Shown piece by piece: positions 17,209-23,828 of a DNA stretch of 34,956 nucleotides. The notes beneath the pieces are model-generated. The model did not search any database. It saw nothing but the letters and a program-made list of their open reading frames with translations, and had not been told where the DNA came from. Numbering within the stretch: position 1 is the stretch's first letter; every line of letters starts with the position of its first letter. The stretch comes from a virus. The translations under genes and the position numbers were made by a program. The stretch lies in IMG/VR virus record IMGVR_UViG_3300021400_000047. One strand, given 5' to 3'.

Positions 17209-17235
17209 AGTTTTGCCCTCTCTTTAGTGATAAAA

Positions 17236-17260
17236 AGCCGCAGGCGTTATACCTGCGGCT
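17236..17260 (-). terminator. Rho-independent terminator after the HIRAN gene
   Basis: 9-bp stem agccgcagg / cctgcggct with a 7-nt loop. The minus transcript continues UUUUUA. Confidence 0.65.
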
Positions 17261-17279
17261 TACCTGTACGCTACTTATG

Positions 17280-17810
17280 TTATGCTCGTACCTTTATTTC
17301 TATATTACAGCCGTATGTTAGGTCGTCGCCGCCTGTGATCTCGGTAACTACTGCCGTAATTTTGTTATCTTTGTACTTTCGGTCTAACTCTGCTGCCAGC
17401 TCTGCGCTTAGGTTACCCAGCACTCGCCCGTTATGCTTTACGTATGCTGCTGGCTCTCCCTTATACTGGTATGGCTCTATCGTGATCTGCTCGCCGCCTC
17501 GTAAAGTCTTAAGTAAATCCTGTCTGTTTGTTCCGTCCTCGTTGTCAAAGGTTACACCTACTACCTTTGTGCGTATGGTGTTAAGCAGGCGCTCGCCCTC
17601 TGGCGCTGTCTTTGCCTCTGTTTTGCCGTACTTTTCCTCTACTTTTTCCACTTTTCCACGCTTGCCCAGCCAAAAGCCTACGCCTGCTACTACTGCTGCC
17701 ACTACGATACACTCTACGCCGCCTACAGCGTTACCTTTTGCCAGCGCAGCTATGCCAGATATAGCCACTACTGCTGCAATAATGTAAAGTATCATGCTCT
17801 TTTTGTTCAT
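17280..17810 (-). CDS. Membrane-anchored HIRAN-domain protein
   Basis: Two N-terminal TM helices (ILYIIAAVVAISGIAALA; VECIVVAAVVAGVGFWLG). C-terminus TKVVGVTFDNEDGTNRQDLLKTL..GEQITIEP...EPAAYVKHNGRVLGNLSAELAAEL matches the HIRAN pattern. Confidence 0.6.
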   Translation of the reverse strand: MNKKSMILYIIAAVVAISGIAALAKGNAVGGVECIVVAAVVAGVGFWLGKRGKVEKVEEKYGKTEAKTAPEGERLLNTIRTKVVGVTFDNEDGTNRQDLLKTLRGGEQITIEPYQYKGEPAAYVKHNGRVLGNLSAELAAELDRKYKDNKITAVVTEITGGDDLTYGCNIEIKVRA

Positions 17811-17814
17811 GCCT

Positions 17815-18021
17815 CTACCGTCCTTTCTTTAGTCCTAAAATGTTGTCTGCCGATACGTCTAAACACTTGCATAGTTTTGCCAGCGTGTCTGCGCTCGGTA
17901 TCTGTTTACCCTGCTCCCAGCGGCTTACGTCTTTCTGGTTTACGCCCAGCTTTGCTGCAAGCTCTACCTGCGTTACGCCTGCTGCACGCCTCGCCGCTCT
18001 GATATTGCCGCCCATTGACAT
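17815..18021 (-). CDS. XRE-family (Cro/CI-type) HTH regulator
   Basis: 68 aa. IRAARRAAGVTQVELAAKLGVNQKDVSRWEQGKQIPSADTLAKL is a canonical HTH_3 pattern. Confidence 0.85.
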   Translation of the reverse strand: MSMGGNIRAARRAAGVTQVELAAKLGVNQKDVSRWEQGKQIPSADTLAKLCKCLDVSADNILGLKKGR

Positions 18022-18073
18022 ATTAGCCCCCTTTCGCTTAGTGTTCTATCTTTCGTGCTGTGTTGTGTACCCT

Positions 18074-18102
18074 ATAATATACCCTCTACGTTATATTTTC
18101 AA
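18074..18102 (-). promoter_or_regulatory. Near-consensus sigma-70-type promoter upstream of the XRE gene
   Basis: Minus strand: TTGAAA (18102-18097), 17-nt spacer, TATTAT (18079-18074). Direct AGGGTA repeats flank the -10 element. Confidence 0.55.
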
Positions 18103-18154
18103 GATAAAAAGCAAGCACAAAGCGTACTTTTTGCCCTGTGCCTGCTATGATCTG

Positions 18155-18349
18155 TTACGGCTTAAAGCCTCTAAGCTCTATAAGTGCCTCTCGTAGTGCT
18201 GTTGGCTCTGTTTTCTCTGCGCAGCTGCCGCGTGTCTCTGGCTTTTCTACCTGCTCTGCGTACAGTGGGCATAAATCGCAGCCCATTGTAAGCGTGCACG
18301 CAGCATTAGCCATAAGGATACGCAGCGCTTTTAGTTCCTGCTCGCTCAT
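18155..18349 (-). CDS. Hypothetical small Cys-containing protein
   Basis: 64 aa with a 4-nt overlap with the endolysin stop. No motif recognised. Confidence 0.45.
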   Translation of the reverse strand: MSEQELKALRILMANAACTLTMGCDLCPLYAEQVEKPETRGSCAEKTEPTALREALIELRGFKP

Positions 18350-19755
18350 ACCGTTACATAGTCTGGGTGCATATATCCTACGGTAGTGCCGTATTTTACA
18401 TGATACCAGCCGTTTTGCTTTGTGTTATCCCAGTACATTACCGTGCCCTTGCGCACTGTGGTAAGTATAGCGGTATCCGTGCTGCCGCCTTTTCTGATAC
18501 GTACCCCGTTAGCGTTGCAGATTACCTTACGGGTAAAGCCTGCTGCCGTGCTCGGTTTACTGTAGTTGTTTGAGATGTACCCAGCTACGCCGTTAATAAG
18601 TACATGATACCAGCCGTTTTGCTGTGTGCCGTCATATTGCAGCACGTCGCCCTTTTTGGCTACTGCAATAACCTTGTAAGCTGTGCTGCCGCCCGTCCTT
18701 ACATTTACTGCGCTGCCCGTTACGGTCACTGTGCCCACGCTCTTAAAGTCTGCTGCGCCCGTGTCTGCCTCTGATAGCCTAAGCACGCAGCCCCACGGGT
18801 AGTTATAATATGGTCTTACGCAGATTTCCTTTTGTGTCTGGTCGCCAGTAGCGCCGCCCGTTGCCTTTCCTTTCTCGTTAATGCTTGCGTGTACCAGCTG
18901 CCCGCTGCCAGTATAAAGCGCTGTGTGCTTTCCCTCTGCTAAAAGCACGTCGCCTACTTTCATGCCTGCCGTGGTCTTAAGGTTTACTTTGCTGGTAACG
19001 TCCGTAAAGCCAGTCTTTAAGAAAACCTTACGCATATTGCCCGTATAGGTTGCCCCGTTTGTCTTTACTGGTACGCCCGCCTTTTCGTAGGCTGTAATAA
19101 CCAGCCCGCTACAGTCAAAGTTAGGGTTGCCCCAGCGGTCTACTTGGTCGTAGCCGTGGCTGTCGTCTCTGGCAATAGCTACCGCGTAGTCTACTGCTTT
19201 CTGTGCCTTTGCTCCCATTTTCCCCGCCTCGCTTTCTCTCTGCTGGGTTGTCGTAGTTCCTGCGTACTTGTCGTAGTACGTCTGCCCAAAGCCTGCGCGC
19301 CTGTTCTTTGCCGCCTCGCTCTGGTCTTTTGGTCTTTCAAATTTGAGTAAAATTACGTCGCTGGCAGCTTTTACACTGTCTGCAATAGCAAGCGCCTGCA
19401 TAATGGCTGCGTTGCTGCTAAGTTCCTCGTATAAGTAGTTAAGCTGTGTGCTAAGGTCTGCAATGCTTGTGCCTGCTGCCTTTGCTCTGGCTAACAAGTT
19501 CTGTTTTCTCGTCCAGTACGTCCACTGTGCCAGCCCATAGCCTGCGCTGTCTCTTGCAAAGTTCGTGTACGTGCCGTTATCCACGGCAGCGGTGTACTGG
19601 TCGTCGTTTAAGCCTAAGCTCTTCTCGTAGGTGTTCTGCAAGTTGTTTGGCTTTAGTCCGCTCTCTGCCCACAAGTTGCCCATAATACCAGCTGCTGCAT
19701 AGTCGTTAAAGCCCTTGCCCTTTAAAAAAGTCCATATGATCTGCTCGTTATCCAT
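18346..19755 (-). CDS. Multidomain endolysin: lysozyme-like domain + NlpC/P60 peptidase + two SH3b repeats
   Basis: AAGIMGNLWAESGLKPN (phage lysozyme-like domain). NFDCSGLVITAYEKAG...GKHTALYTG (NlpC/P60 Cys/His). Two copies of V(N/R)VR.GGST...GWYHV..NG..GY (SH3_3). Confidence 0.85.
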   Translation of the reverse strand: MDNEQIIWTFLKGKGFNDYAAAGIMGNLWAESGLKPNNLQNTYEKSLGLNDDQYTAAVDNGTYTNFARDSAGYGLAQWTYWTRKQNLLARAKAAGTSIADLSTQLNYLYEELSSNAAIMQALAIADSVKAASDVILLKFERPKDQSEAAKNRRAGFGQTYYDKYAGTTTTQQRESEAGKMGAKAQKAVDYAVAIARDDSHGYDQVDRWGNPNFDCSGLVITAYEKAGVPVKTNGATYTGNMRKVFLKTGFTDVTSKVNLKTTAGMKVGDVLLAEGKHTALYTGSGQLVHASINEKGKATGGATGDQTQKEICVRPYYNYPWGCVLRLSEADTGAADFKSVGTVTVTGSAVNVRTGGSTAYKVIAVAKKGDVLQYDGTQQNGWYHVLINGVAGYISNNYSKPSTAAGFTRKVICNANGVRIRKGGSTDTAILTTVRKGTVMYWDNTKQNGWYHVKYGTTVGYMHPDYVTV

Positions 19756-19770
19756 GCCGCTACCTCGTCT

Positions 19771-20124
19771 TTATTTCTGTGTCGTGTTTACCAGCTGCTG
19801 CACGCTCGCGTTGCTTTCAAGTAGCCTCTTCATTTCCTCTAAAGCCTCGTCTACCAGTCCGCTAAACTGCTCAAACGTGATAACTTTAGCCAGCCAGCCA
19901 AACTTACTTAAAAACAGGTCGTACACATAGCGCAGCTTTAGCTTACCTGTGCCGCCGCCTAACTCTTTCTCTGCCATTGTTACGGCATAAAGCAGCCACT
20001 CTTTTACCTTGCTAAGCTGCTTATCTGTAGGCATATTGTAAAACTTAATGCCTGCCACTACGCCAGCTGTGATAGCTGCCACAAGCGCCACAATAAGCGC
20101 CCAGTTTTCTGTAATAAACTCCAT
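19771..20124 (-). CDS. Holin, LL-H-like
   Basis: 117 aa. N-terminal TM ENWALIVALVAAITAGVVAGI followed by a soluble helical tail. Immediately upstream of the endolysin. Confidence 0.65.
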   Translation of the reverse strand: MEFITENWALIVALVAAITAGVVAGIKFYNMPTDKQLSKVKEWLLYAVTMAEKELGGGTGKLKLRYVYDLFLSKFGWLAKVITFEQFSGLVDEALEEMKRLLESNASVQQLVNTTQK

Positions 20125-20142
20125 TACTTTTACCTCGCTTTC

Positions 20143-20487
20143 TTAGCCCAGCGCGCCGCCGTCGTCCTCGTTATCTAAGTCTATAAACTCTAAGCCGTCG
20201 TCTGGTGCGCTTTCCTCTTTGTCGCCCTTTCTTTTGTGCCCTGCTATCTTTAGTGCGTTCTCTGCGCCCGCCTTTATCATGTAGCCGCCTACCACTACTC
20301 TAAATGTTTCGTTTGCCTCGCTTATAAGCGTGCCTATGGTGGCGGTGTCCTGCCAGATAGCGCAGATAATAAGCGCATACGCGCAGCTGATAAAGTACAG
20401 CACTGCTGTAATTACCACTACGCGCTTGCTAAACTCCCATAACCACTTTACGGGCTGCTTTTCTCTCTTTCTCTTTCTTACCCTCAT
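20143..20487 (-). CDS. Hypothetical membrane protein (lysis-cassette associated)
   Basis: Basic N-terminus, TM VVVITAVLYFISCAYALIICAIW, acidic C-tail. Confidence 0.5.
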   Translation of the reverse strand: MRVRKRKREKQPVKWLWEFSKRVVVITAVLYFISCAYALIICAIWQDTATIGTLISEANETFRVVVGGYMIKAGAENALKIAGHKRKGDKEESAPDDGLEFIDLDNEDDGGALG

Positions 20488-20853
20488 TTACTCGCCCTCT
20501 GTATCCACGTCTCTGTAGTGATCTATGCGTAGCTGGCGCTCAATATTGTTAAGTCTCTGCTCGTGCGCGTCTAAGCGCTTGTGCTCGCTCTTCTGGCTCT
20601 GCTCCATAATAAGTAGCTTGTCGTGGTTTTCTCTGTTGTCCTGCTTTACGGTGTTTATCTCGTTTTCAATCCGTGTAAGCTGGTTTTTGATATTTTCCAA
20701 AGCTATCATTATGCCAGTTGTGCGCTCGGTGCTTTTCTCTGTGTCCTCTCTTTCCTCTTTCTTTTGGCTTTTATTTGTGTTTGTGGTGTTGATAACAGCC
20801 ATAAACAAGGCTACAGCCAAAGCCCCTAAACTCAACCAGTTTGCAATAGTCAT
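20488..20853 (-). CDS. Hypothetical membrane-anchored coiled-coil protein
   Basis: N-terminal TM WLSLGALAVALFMAVI, then a heptad-like region. ATGA overlap with the RT stop. Confidence 0.5.
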   Translation of the reverse strand: MTIANWLSLGALAVALFMAVINTTNTNKSQKKEEREDTEKSTERTTGIMIALENIKNQLTRIENEINTVKQDNRENHDKLLIMEQSQKSEHKRLDAHEQRLNNIERQLRIDHYRDVDTEGE

Positions 20854-21938
20854 GCCGCCGCGCTCCTTTCCTGCGTCTCACGTTCTTTTATTGTCCTGTC
20901 TGCAAGTGCTATTATTTTCTCTCTTAGGTGGTAGCTGTCGGCGTGTCCTGCGTGCCCCGTCCAGCTGCATATACTCTTTTGTAAGCTCTCTTTTGTAGTC
21001 TCGCCGCGCTCGTACTGCTTAATAGTACGCTTTATACGCTTTATGCTGTCCTTGCGTACTTTCTTGTGCGTCGCCCTGTGTTTATAGCCTACAAAGTCTA
21101 TGCCGCCCGTGCTTGCGCATACTATAGTTGTTTTTGGGTTAAACGATAGCAATAACTCTGTATTTATAAACGCCTCTATCTTTTGTAGCCAGTCCTTAAG
21201 CTGCTCTATGTCTGGGCTAAGTATTATAAAGTCGTCCATGTAGCGTATATACTTCTTTACGCCCAGCACTTCCTTTACGTACTTGTCTAAAGCGTCCAGA
21301 TATACGTTAGCAAACAGCTGGCTTGTAAGGTTGCCTACAGGTATGCCCGTACCGTCTGGCATTTCGCCGTTGTGGTCTATAATGCGATCTGTAAGCAGTA
21401 GTACGTTTTCGTCCTTAATAACTCTGCGTATTTCTTTCTTTAGTCTGTCGTGGTTAATGCTCTTAAAGTAGGCGTGTATATCTGCCTTAATCGCGTACAG
21501 TTTCTCGCCCTTGTGATATTTCTCCCAGTCATATAACCACTTTTGCAGCGTGTCGCTGGCTGCGTGGCTGCCCTTGCCTTTTCTACAAGCGTAGCTATGC
21601 CTGTAAAAGCGTTTCTCAAATATAGGCTCTAACACGTTATTTATAGCGTGCTGTACTACCCTGTCGTAAAAAGGTAGCGCCATGATCTGGCGCTCTTTCG
21701 GCTCATAAACTTTAAAGTATCTGTAGCCGCTTGGGTTGTATGTAAGCTCTATAAGCTCTGCCTGCGTCCGCTGTAAGTTTTCCTCTTTCTTTTGTGTGTA
21801 CTTAAGTACCTCTTTTCTGTACCTCTTGCCGCGTCTGGCTTTGTTGTAGCTTAAAAGCAGGTTGCTGTAGTCGTAAATTGCCTCGTGCAGCGTTACTACC
21901 TGCCCTGCCGCGTTTGTTGTAGTTCCTACGCGTCTCAT
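20850..21938 (-). CDS. DGR reverse transcriptase
   Basis: 362 aa. RT motifs RVVQHAINNVLEPIFE, SYACRKGKGSHAA, IPVGNLTSQLFANVYL and YIRYMDDFIIL (YMDD box). Lies next to the TR/VR pair and Avd. Confidence 0.92.
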   Translation of the reverse strand: MRRVGTTTNAAGQVVTLHEAIYDYSNLLLSYNKARRGKRYRKEVLKYTQKKEENLQRTQAELIELTYNPSGYRYFKVYEPKERQIMALPFYDRVVQHAINNVLEPIFEKRFYRHSYACRKGKGSHAASDTLQKWLYDWEKYHKGEKLYAIKADIHAYFKSINHDRLKKEIRRVIKDENVLLLTDRIIDHNGEMPDGTGIPVGNLTSQLFANVYLDALDKYVKEVLGVKKYIRYMDDFIILSPDIEQLKDWLQKIEAFINTELLLSFNPKTTIVCASTGGIDFVGYKHRATHKKVRKDSIKRIKRTIKQYERGETTKESLQKSICSWTGHAGHADSYHLREKIIALADRTIKERETQERSAAA

Positions 21939-22253
21939 ATAAAATGCTCCTGCCTTTCGCCGTAGCTACTAACCAGCAGCCCTACTTTTTCTCTTTACCT
22001 CTAAAGGTGGGTGCATTACCTCTGACTATAGGCTAAAGGCTTAGCCTTTATAATCCTTGCCAGCGCCCCGTAGGGTACTGCGCCTGCAAAATACCTTTAT
22101 CTAAGTCACACGCGCCCCGCACGCCGTTGTTCGTGTTCACGTTCCACGGGTAATTGTTGCAATTCACCGCGCGCGCACCGTCCTGCGCTCCATTGTTCCA
22201 GTTGCCGCCCGCTATCAGCGCCGCTAAAAGCTGCTTTAAGGTATTGCCCCGTC
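21939..22253 (-). ncRNA. DGR template RNA region (TR plus TR-to-RT spacer)
   Basis: Non-coding gap between avd and RT. Contains the TR and a spacer with small hairpins (for example taaaggc/gccttta, 22034-22050). Confidence 0.55.
22105..22228 (-). repeat. DGR template repeat (TR)
   Basis: 124 bp matching VR at an offset of 590. 14 mismatches, all at plus-strand T (sense A) of this copy. In the VR frame it encodes LAALIAGGNWNNGAQDGARAVNCNNYPWNVNTNNGVRGACD. Confidence 0.92.
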
Positions 22254-22643
22254 CTATCTTTTGTTATTACGGCGTGTGCTTTCTATTTCCTGCACCGCCT
22301 CTATGATCTCGCCCAGCTCTACGCCGATTTCAGTAAATCTTTTACTGGTTTCTTTGTAGTGCTGGGCGTTCATAGCACTATATTTTAGGTCATGCGCCAG
22401 CCGTACCAGTTCCTTGCTTTCCTGTAAGCAAGCGTCTGCGGTATATAGGTGGCTCTTTCCGTATGTTTTCTGCCACTTAATTACCTCGCGCAGCACGTCT
22501 AATATGCTGCTGCGTGTCGCTGCTTGCAGGCTAAACTTTTCGTACTTTGGATACTTAGAAAGCAGCGGGTAAACGTATAGCAGAAAGTCGTAAATTTTCT
22601 GGTGCAGCTCTGCGCTTTTTGTTTTTATCTCTTCCTGCGTCAC
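22254..22643 (-). CDS. avd: DGR accessory variability determinant (Avd, four-helix-bundle protein)
   Basis: 129 aa, helical. YDFLLYVYPLLSKYPKYEKFSL... typical of Avd / 23S-IVS four-helix-bundle proteins. Located between the target gene and TR. GTG start after AGAGGGCGAGGAC. Confidence 0.8.
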   Translation of the reverse strand: MTQEEIKTKSAELHQKIYDFLLYVYPLLSKYPKYEKFSLQAATRSSILDVLREVIKWQKTYGKSHLYTADACLQESKELVRLAHDLKYSAMNAQHYKETSKRFTEIGVELGEIIEAVQEIESTRRNNKR

Positions 22644-22663
22644 GTCCTCGCCCTCTTTCTAAG

Positions 22664-22684
22664 CGGCTGCGCTTTCGCGCGCCG
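22664..22684 (-). promoter_or_regulatory. GC-rich hairpin with a GAAA (sense) tetraloop just 3' of VR (candidate DGR target-recognition hairpin)
   Basis: Pairs 22664-22672 (T22668 bulged) with 22677-22684, 8 bp. Loop tttc on plus is GAAA in the sense direction. Begins about 10 nt after the VR end and right after the target stop codon. Confidence 0.5.
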
Positions 22685-22685
22685 T

Positions 22686-23828
22686 CTACAGACTGTCACA
22701 CGCGCCCCGCACGCCGTTGCCCGAGCCCACGTACCACGGGCAATCGTCGCAATTCACCGCGCGCGCACCGTCCCGCGCTCCACTGCTCCAGCTGCCGCCC
22801 GCTAACAGCGCCGCTAAAGAGGCGTAGTAGTACTGGTAAATGTTACCCACGTCGTAGCCGTCTGCTGGTGTCTTTAACGGGCTTGTTAAATCCCAGCCCC
22901 ATGCCTGCGACGCATGGTACGTAGTATTTGTGGCGTGCTCTGCTCTTGTGATAAGCTCGTCTAACCACTCCCATACATTGCCTACAGCGTCTCTTACGCC
23001 TACTGCGGATACTGCACGGGCTACATAACCTGTAGTCTTTCTGCCTGTATTGCTTGTAGCGCTCCATGCGTTGTCGTTGCTGTTATCCAGTCCAGCAGGG
23101 CTGCCAAAAGCATACGCGCAAAACTCTGCATAGTTCGGCATACGCTTGCCAGATTTCTGCAAGCGCTCTACAAAGGTGTACCAGCTCATGCCCTCTGTAC
23201 CAGTCATAGGCGTAGCGCCGTACTCACTGCTAAGCCCGTACTCGCCGTCGTCGCTGTTAAGGTAAATGTCTACCCATGTACCGCCGCCTAAATATACCAT
23301 GCCCTCTGGTGCGCACTTAGGGCGGTGTCCTAAAGTCCACACGCTCTTAGGTACAATACCGTCGTATACGTTGCTCTCCCAGCCGCTGCCAAAGCGCACG
23401 CCTGCTGCATTTACTGGCTGCTGGTTGCTGTCTACCTTACGGCACTTTCCATAGTGAAAACCGCCGATTTTACGGCTGTTTGTTGCGTTCCAGCCCTGCG
23501 GGTACGTAGCATTTTTAGAGATATAGTACAGCTCGTCGGTGTCGTCGTTCTGGGTGTCGCAAAGGTATACGTAATAGTCCTTACCTACCTCAAAAGCTGC
23601 GCCTGTATCCAGATTAGCGGCAGTAAGTACAGTCGTGCCCGTCTCAAAAATGCCGCTGCCTGCAATAGAGATAACGCAGCCCTGCACTACAGTAAGCTGC
23701 TGCTCGCCACTTGCGTACAAGTACTCTTTTGTAGGTGTTACAATGTCCGACACAAGCGCCATTTTGCTTACGTTAAGCAGCGCCCTGCGGTCTGTTTTTG
23801 TAATATCGTCTACCAGTAGTCTACTCAT
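22686..23828 (-). CDS. DGR target protein: Mtd-like receptor-binding/tail-fibre protein with C-type-lectin (FGE-like) fold
   Basis: 380 aa. GNVWEW motif. The C-terminal 41 codons are the VR (...GGSWSSGARDGARAVNCDDCPWYVGSGNGVRGACDSL). Last gene of the tail-fibre block. Confidence 0.85.
   Translation of the reverse strand: MSRLLVDDITKTDRRALLNVSKMALVSDIVTPTKEYLYASGEQQLTVVQGCVISIAGSGIFETGTTVLTAANLDTGAAFEVGKDYYVYLCDTQNDDTDELYYISKNATYPQGWNATNSRKIGGFHYGKCRKVDSNQQPVNAAGVRFGSGWESNVYDGIVPKSVWTLGHRPKCAPEGMVYLGGGTWVDIYLNSDDGEYGLSSEYGATPMTGTEGMSWYTFVERLQKSGKRMPNYAEFCAYAFGSPAGLDNSNDNAWSATSNTGRKTTGYVARAVSAVGVRDAVGNVWEWLDELITRAEHATNTTYHASQAWGWDLTSPLKTPADGYDVGNIYQYYYASLAALLAGGSWSSGARDGARAVNCDDCPWYVGSGNGVRGACDSL
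22695..22818 (-). repeat. DGR variable repeat (VR)
   Basis: See TR. Covers the last 41 sense codons of the target gene apart from the two codons before the stop. The invariant GC-rich 3' end GGCGTGCGGGGCGCGTGTGAC is IMH-like. Confidence 0.92.

Larger units (their letters stand above)
16040..17270 (-). mobile_element. IS30-family element (boundaries approximate; inverted repeats not identified)
   Basis: Contains an intact IS30-type DDE transposase. The 16030-16155 flank is unusually AT-rich compared with the rest of the window. I could not find convincing terminal IRs or target duplications by eye. Confidence 0.45.

Noticed and set aside
15991-17290. Terminal inverted repeats and a target-site duplication for the IS30 element.
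   Set aside because: I compared both flanks by eye in both orientations. I found only weak similarity between two terminator-like hairpins (about 16060-16095 versus 17229-17260). That is not convincing, so the boundaries are left approximate.
16657-17787. 376-aa plus-strand ORF, the longest ORF on the plus strand.
   Set aside because: It runs antisense across two well-supported minus-strand genes (IS30 transposase and HIRAN protein) and the terminator between them. Its sequence is low-complexity and Cys/Leu/Phe/Ser-rich, which is typical of a shadow ORF in a skewed genome. It has no RBS or recognisable motif.
18015-18078. Plus-strand promoter-like hexamers (TTGACA at 18015-18020, TATAAT at 18073-18078).
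   Set aside because: They are 52 nt apart, so they do not form one promoter. There is also no credible plus-strand gene downstream.
20850-21938. The RT as a retron, Abi-type or group II intron reverse transcriptase.
   Set aside because: An adjacent TR/VR pair with adenine-only differences and an Avd gene identify it as a DGR RT. It has no maturase or endonuclease domains, and I saw no intron-like or msr/msd-like structure.
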